A program made the position numbers and the translations under genes. A DNA stretch of 63,838 bases, the filler included, from an uncultured Methanosarcinales archaeon (GTDB lineage Archaea; Nanobdellota; Nanobdellia; Woesearchaeales; UBA12501), in NCBI GenBank assembly GCA_964397315.1. It is 3 parts of 3 records of this genome, joined end to end, with 100 filler letters (N's around TTAATTAATTAA, not from the genome) between each part and the next. Parts side by side here need not be neighbours in the genome. Positions count along the whole stretch, not along the records: positions 27,302 to 58,857 come from CAYNHV010000018.1; positions 58,958 to 63,838 come from CAYNHV010000052.1; 1 more part is not named here. One strand, given 5' to 3'. Positions within the stretch are counted from its first letter, which is position 1, and each line of letters starts with the position of its first letter. Positions 56,854 to 63,838 of the stretch are shown one piece after another. The notes under the pieces were generated by a model. That model ran no database searches. It was not told the DNA's origin and worked only from the letters and a program-made list of their open reading frames with translations.

Positions 56854-57291
56854 TTAACTACCCACCAATTCTATTATAGTGCCTGAAGATGCCAGTACAT
56901 CCTCTCCTGCGGTCAACTCAATATCAACAGAGTAAGGCCCTGGATAAACTCCGCCGCAGCCTGAAGTGCAATAAGGGGTTTTTGCCCTGAATATGATCTC
57001 ATTCTCGCCGCTATTGATATCGATAACTTTTGATTCATCAATATAAGCGTGATTATATGGCTTAATCCCTGTTAATCTTGCATTGATATCCTGCATTTGT
57101 ATGGGGCTTTTTACAACTGCTGTTACTTTTATCTCCTCATAAGACCCATAAGTCTTTTTGTCTGTCTCAAAGCTTAATATGTTGACATCAGGAATATTCT
57201 GTTGTTGCATGCACCCTGCAAGTATAAATGAAATAAATACAAAAACCAGCATTTGCATAATTTTTATCTTATTTTTTATTATCACGTCCAT
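56854..57291 (-). CDS. Hypothetical lipoprotein (Ig-like)
   Basis: ILAGC lipobox; TPYCTSGCGGVYPG. Confidence 0.65.
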   Translation of the reverse strand: MDVIIKNKIKIMQMLVFVFISFILAGCMQQQNIPDVNILSFETDKKTYGSYEEIKVTAVVKSPIQMQDINARLTGIKPYNHAYIDESKVIDINSGENEIIFRAKTPYCTSGCGGVYPGPYSVDIELTAGEDVLASSGTIIELVGS

Positions 57292-58145
57292 CCCCCATCT
57301 GATATAAAACTGCTTGCCCTATACGAGCTTCTTACCAAAGGCCCTGCAATAACCTTATTTATCCCTGTCTGTCTTGCATTCTCCTCTATGTTCCTGAACT
57401 CTTCAGGAGTGTAATATTTTTTCACTTTAAAATGTTTCCTGCCCGGCTGAAGATACTGGCCGATTGTTATGATATCACAGCCAGAGTCCTTCAAATCCTT
57501 GATTGTCTGCATGATCTGCTCTTCACTCTCTCCAAAACCCAGCATGAATCCTGATTTTGTTTTTATTCCGGGGTTGAATTCCTTTGCCTTTTTCAGCAGC
57601 TGCAGGGAGCAGTCATAACTGCCATCCGGCCTTAGTGTATGGAATAAGCCTTTTACAACCTCTATATTGTGGTTCAATACATCCGGCCTGGAATCAATTA
57701 TCTTTTTTAGCGCTTCCCAATTGCCTTTCAAGTCAGATATCAAGAGCTCCACCCTGCAGTTTGGACTGGTCTTTCTGATCTCATCAACTGTCTTTACAAA
57801 TTGTTCAGCGCCGCCATCTTCTAGATCATCTCTTGTGACGCATGTTATGACAGCATAACTCAGACCAAGTTTTTTAACTGTTTCTGCTATCCTTTTTGGT
57901 TCATTATCATCAACTTCTTTAGGCGCTCCTTTGTTTATGCTGCAATAAAGGCAGTTCCTTGTGCAGGTATCCCCCAGAATCATGAATGTTGCTGTGCCTT
58001 TGGAAAAGCATTCATACCTGTTGGGGCAGTTTGCTTCCACGCATACAGTAACAAGATTATTATCATCAATCAGGTTTTTTGTTTTCAGGTATTCTTTCTT
58101 ATCATAAGGTTCTGTTTCAATCCAGGAGGGGATGTCTTTTATCAT
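57282..58145 (-). CDS. lipA: Lipoyl synthase
   Basis: CVEANCPNRYEC (CX4CX5C), CTRNCLYC, TRDDL, GQYLQP, VRSSY. Confidence 0.97.
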   Translation of the reverse strand: MIKDIPSWIETEPYDKKEYLKTKNLIDDNNLVTVCVEANCPNRYECFSKGTATFMILGDTCTRNCLYCSINKGAPKEVDDNEPKRIAETVKKLGLSYAVITCVTRDDLEDGGAEQFVKTVDEIRKTSPNCRVELLISDLKGNWEALKKIIDSRPDVLNHNIEVVKGLFHTLRPDGSYDCSLQLLKKAKEFNPGIKTKSGFMLGFGESEEQIMQTIKDLKDSGCDIITIGQYLQPGRKHFKVKKYYTPEEFRNIEENARQTGINKVIAGPLVRSSYRASSFISDGGWT

Positions 58146-58420
58146 GAAAATACCTTATTTGTTTCTATCAGGTCAACAAAGCCCCCATAGTCAACTAGTT
58201 TCACTTTTGCATTATTTTTTATACCCCTTAGCTCCAGATCCTCTTTTAAAGCAAGAATCTCGGCATTTTTTTCCTTAATCTCTTCAATAGCTTTTGATGT
58301 TTTATTGTTCAGTATAAGAACCCCGTCTTGTATAAAGAGCACTTTATCATCTTGCTTGATATATTTCATTACATTTGTGTTTTTGTTTGATAATGATTCT
58401 TTTATTATGAACAGCACCAT
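58142..58420 (-). CDS. dsrH: DsrH/TusB sulfur-relay subunit
   Basis: FIQDGV, LKEDLELRGI, VDYGGFVDL. Confidence 0.88.
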   Translation of the reverse strand: MVLFIIKESLSNKNTNVMKYIKQDDKVLFIQDGVLILNNKTSKAIEEIKEKNAEILALKEDLELRGIKNNAKVKLVDYGGFVDLIETNKVFS

Positions 58421-58430
58421 TTAATTCACC

Positions 58431-58781
58431 TCAAAAATTGATTATTGTCTCAGCCTCATCGATAAAGCCGCGCAACTCTTTGTTTGTTATATGGTCTGCT
58501 TTAATGCAGTCAGATTCTGCGAGATTTCGCTCTGTCATTGACTCTTCACTGGCAAATATCTTCAGCCCGAACTCTTCAGCATTGCTGAATCCTTCTGTCA
58601 AACTAGTCATTTCAGCAATTTCTGGTTTCTGGTTTTTTATAAGGCAAAACACACCATCATTTGCAAAGACCAGCTTTGTCTCTAAGTCCATGCCTGCAAA
58701 TGCTATGCCTGCTCTCAATGCTTCTGCTGCAAACACGCTTCCAAAAGGCGCGTTATTGACGATTAGCAATACTTTATTCAT
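58431..58781 (-). CDS. dsrF: DsrF/TusC-like sulfur-relay subunit
   Basis: APFGS..AAEALR, FANDGVFCL.K.Q; lacks the DsrE active-site Cys. Confidence 0.8.
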   Translation of the reverse strand: MNKVLLIVNNAPFGSVFAAEALRAGIAFAGMDLETKLVFANDGVFCLIKNQKPEIAEMTSLTEGFSNAEEFGLKIFASEESMTERNLAESDCIKADHITNKELRGFIDEAETIINF

Positions 58782-58790
58782 TTTTTCACC

Positions 58791-58857
58791 TCATAAGCTT
58801 ACGAACTTGTCGCAATCCTTTATCATATCTGCAAGCCCTGGAAGGCCTTCAAGCTCT
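58791..58857 (-). CDS. C-terminal fragment of a DsrE/TusD-like subunit, cut by the gap
   Basis: Manual translation ...ELEGLPGLADMIKDCDKFVSL*; lies upstream of dsrF. Confidence 0.6.
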
Positions 58858-58957
58858 NNNNNNNNNNNNNNNNNNNNNNNNNNNNNNNNNNNNNNNNNNN
58901 NTTAATTAATTAANNNNNNNNNNNNNNNNNNNNNNNNNNNNNNNNNNNNNNNNNNNN
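58858..58957. other. Assembly gap / artificial contig linker
   Basis: N-run with TTAATTAATTAA. Confidence 0.97.
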
Positions 58958-59180
58958 CCTTCAACAGCTTGAGCGCACCAACTCCACAGAGCGCTTTAAG
59001 CATATTACTGGGCGGGATTATTGGAATCAGGAGAAGGAAGTGGTGCGATTTAAGAAGCAGTAAGCCTGCTGGGTGGTTGTGCAGAAAGGGTGGGAAGTAC
59101 CAGGACTTACAAACTTAAATATGATCCCGCCAGGTTAGCGGGAAGAACCGGGAATAATAATAAGCAAAAAACAACTCTAA
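58958..59180 (+). repeat. Dispersed degenerate intergenic element, family B, copy 3
   Basis: Starts with the same 29 nt as the reverse complement of 26932-26960, then stays colinear with divergence. Confidence 0.8.
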
Positions 59181-59252
59181 GTGCGGAAACTGCTGTTAAA
59201 GTCCAATAAATTTATATACCAGAGTACGCATACCACATAATGAGGTGGTTAG

Positions 59253-59717
59253 ATGAGAAAACGCATGCTGTTTCTGGGAGCTGTAATCATCCTGCTGATT
59301 GCTGCAAGCGGGTGCCAAAGCAGGCTCGCTGCTGAGGAGCTGTCAGAGCCCGCCTCCGAGAACAGCAGCATGGCTGAAAAAGAGCCGGATGACGGCTCTT
59401 GCAACTGCACTGATGATTATGAGCCTGTCTGCGCCAACAACCAGCTGTACCAGAACGCCTGCACTGCAGAATGCCTAGGCATAAAGGATTACAAGAAAGG
59501 GGAATGCCATGACCCAACAGGAAAACAGATGTTCCCCTGCGCCCCCACAAGCGGAGGGCTCAGCGCCCAGCAGAATCCTGTGTGCGCAAAGGTGCATGAT
59601 CTTGAGAATGATGAGTATTACTGGAAGACATTCATCAACTCCCAGACAGCCTGCAGGGCAGCAAGGCCAAACGATGTTGACATTGAAGGTTTCACAAGAG
59701 GAGAGTGCGGGATTTGA
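59253..59717 (+). CDS. Kazal-type domain lipoprotein
   Basis: ASGC lipobox; CTDDYEPVC..NQLYQNACTAEC...GEC and a second PVC...C...GEC. Confidence 0.85.
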   Translation: MRKRMLFLGAVIILLIAASGCQSRLAAEELSEPASENSSMAEKEPDDGSCNCTDDYEPVCANNQLYQNACTAECLGIKDYKKGECHDPTGKQMFPCAPTSGGLSAQQNPVCAKVHDLENDEYYWKTFINSQTACRAARPNDVDIEGFTRGECGI

Positions 59718-59811
59718 GTTTATATAAGGCATACACCAGTAGTATATTATTGTTACTGTTTAGTGGTTAAAAAACGAAACATTTATATATTAGTAATACT
59801 TCTGCGTTTGT

Positions 59812-60591
59812 ATGACAAAAAGAAAGGCTCTCATTATAGGAAGGCACGGAAAAGCCCCTCAGAAGCCTGAGGGAGGCAGTTATGATGTTCTTACTGAAAG
59901 CTCCTTTGATGAGCTTTATTTAAAAGGCCTGAAACTCGGAGAATATGTTCTTGGCCATGGCTATACTCCAGAGAGATCTTTTCTTGTGCATACCCCAAAA
60001 GAGAGGACAAAGCATACCGGCCAGGCGATTCTTGTCGGAGCCTATGACATGAGACCTGAGGAGGGGAACCATCCTCCAAAGTCTGCTGAAGACCTTGAGA
60101 ATTACAACGCCCTGTCCCTCATTGACACCCATAAGGATTCCAGACTGTTGTATGGTTATCCATTTGATGACGGCCGTGACGACGGAAACCTGGAATTATA
60201 CAAGAGGTTTGGAGCCGCGCCGGTAGTAAACTTCTGGTTATCCAATCCTGAAGCTGAAGAGCACATCGGAGAGAAGATAGTGCCAGGAGCAACAGCTTTA
60301 TCAGACTGCTATAACTCAGCAGCAGAAAACATAGAAAGAATACTAAAAGGAGGCAAAGACTTTGGAGTGATGATCGCCCATGCAGCGAGGGTTGAGGGCC
60401 TTTTGATCCCCCTAATAAACTCTGCCAGAGCCTCGCCCATAAAAGAAGTTGATGATATAGGGGGAGTCTGTGAGATGGGAGAGCACGGAGAACTTTTTAT
60501 TGATGTGAATAATGGAGAATTTGCTGAAGCTCATCTGAATTACAAAGGCGAGGATTACAAAGTTGATATAACTGAATTTATGAACAAATAA
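59812..60591 (+). CDS. Histidine-phosphatase-superfamily-like protein
   Basis: N-terminal IGRHG, HTPKERTKHT, distal IAH. Confidence 0.6.
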   Translation: MTKRKALIIGRHGKAPQKPEGGSYDVLTESSFDELYLKGLKLGEYVLGHGYTPERSFLVHTPKERTKHTGQAILVGAYDMRPEEGNHPPKSAEDLENYNALSLIDTHKDSRLLYGYPFDDGRDDGNLELYKRFGAAPVVNFWLSNPEAEEHIGEKIVPGATALSDCYNSAAENIERILKGGKDFGVMIAHAARVEGLLIPLINSARASPIKEVDDIGGVCEMGEHGELFIDVNNGEFAEAHLNYKGEDYKVDITEFMNK

Positions 60592-60609
60592 GACTGAACT
60601 CCTTTTTCT

Positions 60610-61524
60610 TCAGCCCTTTCCCCTGCTGCCAAACACTTTCATCCTGTGCTCAACAACCTCCTGTATGAGATCCCTTGCAGGAGAGAGTATGTGCCTTGGG
60701 TCAAAGTCTTTTGGATGCCTCTTCAAGTACTTCCTTATTGCAGCGTCAAACGCTATCCTCAGGTCAGTGTCAGTGTTTATCTTGTTGATGCCCAGCTTAA
60801 CTGCCTTTCTTATTGAAGTGTCGTCAACGCCATGCGGGTGGCCCAGCTTTACGCCCCATCTTCTTGCAAGGCTCATTATGTCTTTTGGCAGGCCTGACGC
60901 TCCGTGCAGCACAAGAGGCATGCCTGTCCTCTTTTTTATGTCCCTGAGTATGTCAAAGTTAAGCTTTGCCTTTCCCGCGAACTTGTTGGGCCCGTGGCTT
61001 GTGCCTATGGCAACAGCAAGGCTGTCAATGCCTGTCTTTTCAGCAAACTCTTCTGCTTTTTCAGGCTCAGTGTAGATTATCCTTCTTGAGCTGACCTGCT
61101 CTTCCTTCCCCCCTATTGTTCCCAGCTCCGCCTCCACAGAGATGTTCTTCCTGTGCGCCATTGAAACGACTTTTTTTGTGAGCCTTATGTTTTCCTCAAG
61201 CTTCTTGTGGGACGCGTCAATCATCACTGATGTCCAGCCTGTCCTTATGCACTTCTTTATGGTCTCCATTGTCGTGCCGTGGTCAAGATGAAGGCACACA
61301 GGCACTCTTGAATTCTCGGCAGCAGTGTGTGCCATTGCCTTGAGGTATTTCATCCCGGCGTATTTTATGGCGCCTTCAGAAGTCGCTATCATGACAGGGC
61401 TTTTCTGCTTTTCAGCAGCAGCGATTATTGCCTGCAGGAACTCAAGGTTGTTGATGTTGAAAGCTCCGACTGCATACCCTCCCCTGTTCGCCTTCCTTAA
61501 TATCGCTTTTCCGCTTGTAAGCAA
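60610..61524 (-). CDS. fba: Class II fructose-1,6-bisphosphate aldolase
   Basis: YAVGAFN, HLDHG, SVMID.S, EAELG, GTSHG, VLHGAS, KINTDTD, FDPR. Confidence 0.96.
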   Translation of the reverse strand: MLTSGKAILRKANRGGYAVGAFNINNLEFLQAIIAAAEKQKSPVMIATSEGAIKYAGMKYLKAMAHTAAENSRVPVCLHLDHGTTMETIKKCIRTGWTSVMIDASHKKLEENIRLTKKVVSMAHRKNISVEAELGTIGGKEEQVSSRRIIYTEPEKAEEFAEKTGIDSLAVAIGTSHGPNKFAGKAKLNFDILRDIKKRTGMPLVLHGASGLPKDIMSLARRWGVKLGHPHGVDDTSIRKAVKLGINKINTDTDLRIAFDAAIRKYLKRHPKDFDPRHILSPARDLIQEVVEHRMKVFGSRGKG

Positions 61525-61547
61525 TCCAGCACCTCCCTAAGAGGCTG

Positions 61548-61772
61548 TCAGCCCCTGCCGGTGAGTGATTTTATGAACCAGTAAAGGCCGAATACAATGA
61601 AAAGGACAGGCCATATTGATATCTTGATTGGTATCCATTCAAGATCCTTTGCAAGCCAGAAAAGCCCGACTACAAACACAAGAAGCCCCAGCCCGCTCAC
61701 ATGCGACCTGCTGAATTTCCTTTTCAACCCTTCAACCCTTTTTTTAGCCATCCAGCCACCTCTTGCAGGCAT
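61548..61772 (-). CDS. Small membrane protein (LiaF-TM/DUF5668-like)
   Basis: GLLVFVVGLFWL...IWPVLFIVFGL. Confidence 0.65.
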   Translation of the reverse strand: MPARGGWMAKKRVEGLKRKFSRSHVSGLGLLVFVVGLFWLAKDLEWIPIKISIWPVLFIVFGLYWFIKSLTGRG

Positions 61773-61822
61773 GGTTGGCCTGTGATTATATAAATTTTCT
61801 GATTGGCAGGTTTAAAAAAAAG

Positions 61823-62398
61823 CTAAAACACAAGCCTGAGCAGGAGAAGCACTGCTGCTGTGATCACCCCCACCACAATGGTCTTTATAACATAAGAGAA
61901 GGCGTTCTCCTTTGCGGTCCTTGCCATGAAAACCCCCAGGAAAACAAGGCATAAGAGAACCAGAAAGAACGAGATAAAATACATGTGTTGTATGCTAAGC
62001 TGGACAATCCCCTTGAGGATGAAAGGGAGGAGTATGAACAGGGAAAAGATAAAGGGGGAAAGGCCGTGGGCTGATGCGCTGACAAGAGGGGCTATCTTTG
62101 AGGCCCTGCTGATTCTTGACTTTCCAAGGTCCGCGAGCATGGCCCTCTCAAGCTCTCTCAGCTCTTTCATCTTCTCAGCCCTCTCGCTCAGGTAGGCTCC
62201 TGAGATTCCTGATATGGCCATGGCAATCGCGGCTCCGAGGCAGGCGGCAAGCACAATGTCAGTGTTTTCTGTTCCCACGTAATAGCTTCCAAGAAGAATC
62301 CCAAGGATGGTTATGACTCCGTCAAAGCCGTTGATTACAATGTATCTTCTTGTTATCCGCGAGTTCCTGACAAGTCCCAGGCTTTTGAGCATGCCCAT
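61823..62398 (-). CDS. VIT1/CCC1 family membrane protein
   Basis: RRYIVINGFDG, AMAISGISGAYLSERAE. Confidence 0.88.
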   Translation of the reverse strand: MGMLKSLGLVRNSRITRRYIVINGFDGVITILGILLGSYYVGTENTDIVLAACLGAAIAMAISGISGAYLSERAEKMKELRELERAMLADLGKSRISRASKIAPLVSASAHGLSPFIFSLFILLPFILKGIVQLSIQHMYFISFFLVLLCLVFLGVFMARTAKENAFSYVIKTIVVGVITAAVLLLLRLVF

Positions 62399-62407
62399 TT
62401 TCCCTCA

Positions 62408-62698
62408 TTACCTTGGAAGCATGGCGTAATCCTTTGAGTTTATGAGCTCAGGCCCCACGCTCACCTCATCAACACTGTGGATGCTGGCGCCCATTGACTC
62501 TAATGCCTGCCTGACCTTGTCAATGTCAATATCCTTTCCTTTTATGATGACCTGCAGGGTCTCTGTCTTCTCGTCCTTCTCTGATATGCGGAGGTTGACA
62601 GACACTCTGGCTGACTTTTCAATCTCCCTGCCCATCTCTATTATGTCGGGCTTGTGGGGCTTCAGAACATCCAGGACTGCAAGGCGTATTTTTGACAT
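62408..62698 (-). CDS. DUF211 family protein
   Basis: IRLAVLDVLKPH...GASIHSVDEV. Confidence 0.92.
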   Translation of the reverse strand: MSKIRLAVLDVLKPHKPDIIEMGREIEKSARVSVNLRISEKDEKTETLQVIIKGKDIDIDKVRQALESMGASIHSVDEVSVGPELINSKDYAMLPR

Positions 62699-62746
62699 TG
62701 GATCACCTCTTTATGCTTTGGGGTTTCATAACAAAGGTGTGGGGAG

Positions 62747-63292
62747 CTACTTATTATAAACTTTTCGCAACAGGTCAGATTTCGTGACTATGCCTTTCAG
62801 TTTTCCCTTCTCCCCTATGAGCACGAGAGGGTAATACCTGAGAAGGTCTGATATGACACTAACCGAGGAGTCCCTGGAAAGCAGGGGCGGCGAGTCCTGC
62901 ATTACAGCCCTTATCTCTTCTGACTTGCTGTTGAGCAGTGCGTCAAGAAGTATTGCCTCTGATATCAGCCCCACCGGCCTCTCGTCCTCAAGGACGGGCA
63001 TCTGTGATATCTCGTATTTCTTCATCTTCCTTATTGCGTCTTTTGCAGAATCATCAGGCTTAACATGAACAAGCCTGGGTGTCATTATGTCCTCTGCAGA
63101 CATCTCCTTCTTCCTGCTGAAGGATTCAAGCGCATTGAAGAGTTTTTTTGCATTTGAATAGGTGGGATCAAGGGTGCCTGCCTCCACTTTTGCGACAAGG
63201 GACTGGGAGACTCCCGCAAGCCTGGCGAACTCTGACTGGGTGAGGCCCAGCTTCTTTCTCAAAGGCTTTATCTCGCTTATATCAAAAGGCAT
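62747..63292 (-). CDS. Xre-HTH + CBS-pair regulator (COG3620)
   Basis: LRKKLGLTQSEFARLAGVSQSLVAKVE..DP.YS; ISQMPV; GIVTKSDLL. Confidence 0.93.
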   Translation of the reverse strand: MPFDISEIKPLRKKLGLTQSEFARLAGVSQSLVAKVEAGTLDPTYSNAKKLFNALESFSRKKEMSAEDIMTPRLVHVKPDDSAKDAIRKMKKYEISQMPVLEDERPVGLISEAILLDALLNSKSEEIRAVMQDSPPLLSRDSSVSVISDLLRYYPLVLIGEKGKLKGIVTKSDLLRKVYNK

Positions 63293-63364
63293 GGCTGAGA
63301 ATAATGACAAGTGGTATATATTATTTTTGGAATAAGCCTCTCTTAACGCCTGCTGATGCAGCCC

Positions 63365-63817
63365 TCACTCATAAACAATTATCCTGTCCAGCTCTCCTGA
63401 CTCCAGCTTCTGCCTTATCTGGCTCCTGCTCCCTTTGCTCCATGTGAGATTGCAGTTGCTGGAGGAGTTCATGATAAATCCTTCTTTAGGGTAATGGTAT
63501 TCGTCTCCCGGATTATTGTACTCCAGGCTGAAGATATGGCCGAGCTCATGAAGGGTTGTGCTTGCAGCGCATTTGGCACTCACATCAGAGTCAACTACCA
63601 TCCTTTTGCTGCCTATGCCCGCTTTCCCACAGAAACCGTCACTATCCTCCCCCCTGAAAAACAGGACATAGACTGCCTTGCTGTTCCCGAAGTGAGGTAT
63701 ATAATAATCATTGGATTCCAGACTGTCAGTGAAATGTTCAAATGCAGAGATGGTATCATCCCTCCACTTTGTCTTGTGGACATACGGCTTTACAGAAACC
63801 CTCTGACATAAGCTTTT
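63365..63817 (-). CDS. Zinc metalloprotease-like protein (start unclear, possibly disrupted)
   Basis: TLHELGH motif with a downstream H and GFIM Met-turn. The frame is open to 63817 but has no start codon above the ATG at 63601. Confidence 0.55.
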   Translation of the reverse strand, partial: KSLCQRVSVKPYVHKTKWRDDTISAFEHFTDSLESNDYYIPHFGNSKAVYVLFFRGEDSDGFCGKAGIGSKRMVVDSDVSAKCAASTTLHELGHIFSLEYNNPGDEYHYPKEGFIMNSSSNCNLTWSKGSRSQIRQKLESGELDRIIVYE

Positions 63818-63838
63818 TTAATAAGCTATATATCCTCT

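Overview
This is an archaeal chromosomal window: the ftsZ-secE-spt5/nusG-rpl11 order, the uS7 type, TATA boxes and the COG1395, DUF211 and DUF131 genes are all archaeal. It is most likely DPANN (Woesearchaeota-like), which is inference and not a phylogeny. Two 100-nt N/TTAATTAATTAA linkers (27202-27301, 58858-58957) split it into three segments whose adjacency is not established. Main contents: (1) a ~14 kb aromatic amino-acid island (aroQ-aroC-aroA-tyrA/pheA fusion-aminotransferase; ACT-type regulator; trpE-G-D-CF-B-A); (2) a housekeeping cluster with unusually extended Spt5 and uL11; (3) an Fpg-ligase-PolX repair set interrupted by an ~8 kb defence-type island; (4) an ArsR-ferredoxin-cupin-arsE-(Cys-less arsD-like)-arsF-arsG-arsP operon; (5) a dsrE/F/H-lipA-lplA-lplB cluster. 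The best candidate for an undescribed system is the defence island. The last ~100 nt of its Type IIG restriction-modification gene recur three times, each copy translationally coupled to a different cargo gene, and a second attC-like repeat and IS605-like hairpins sit between other genes, giving the look of a cassette array. Two dispersed non-coding repeat families are also present: hairpin-accreting MITE/PATE-like elements (two flank a YkgJ gene with a 108-bp identical repeat) and a degenerate, modular ~200-300 bp element in three copies.
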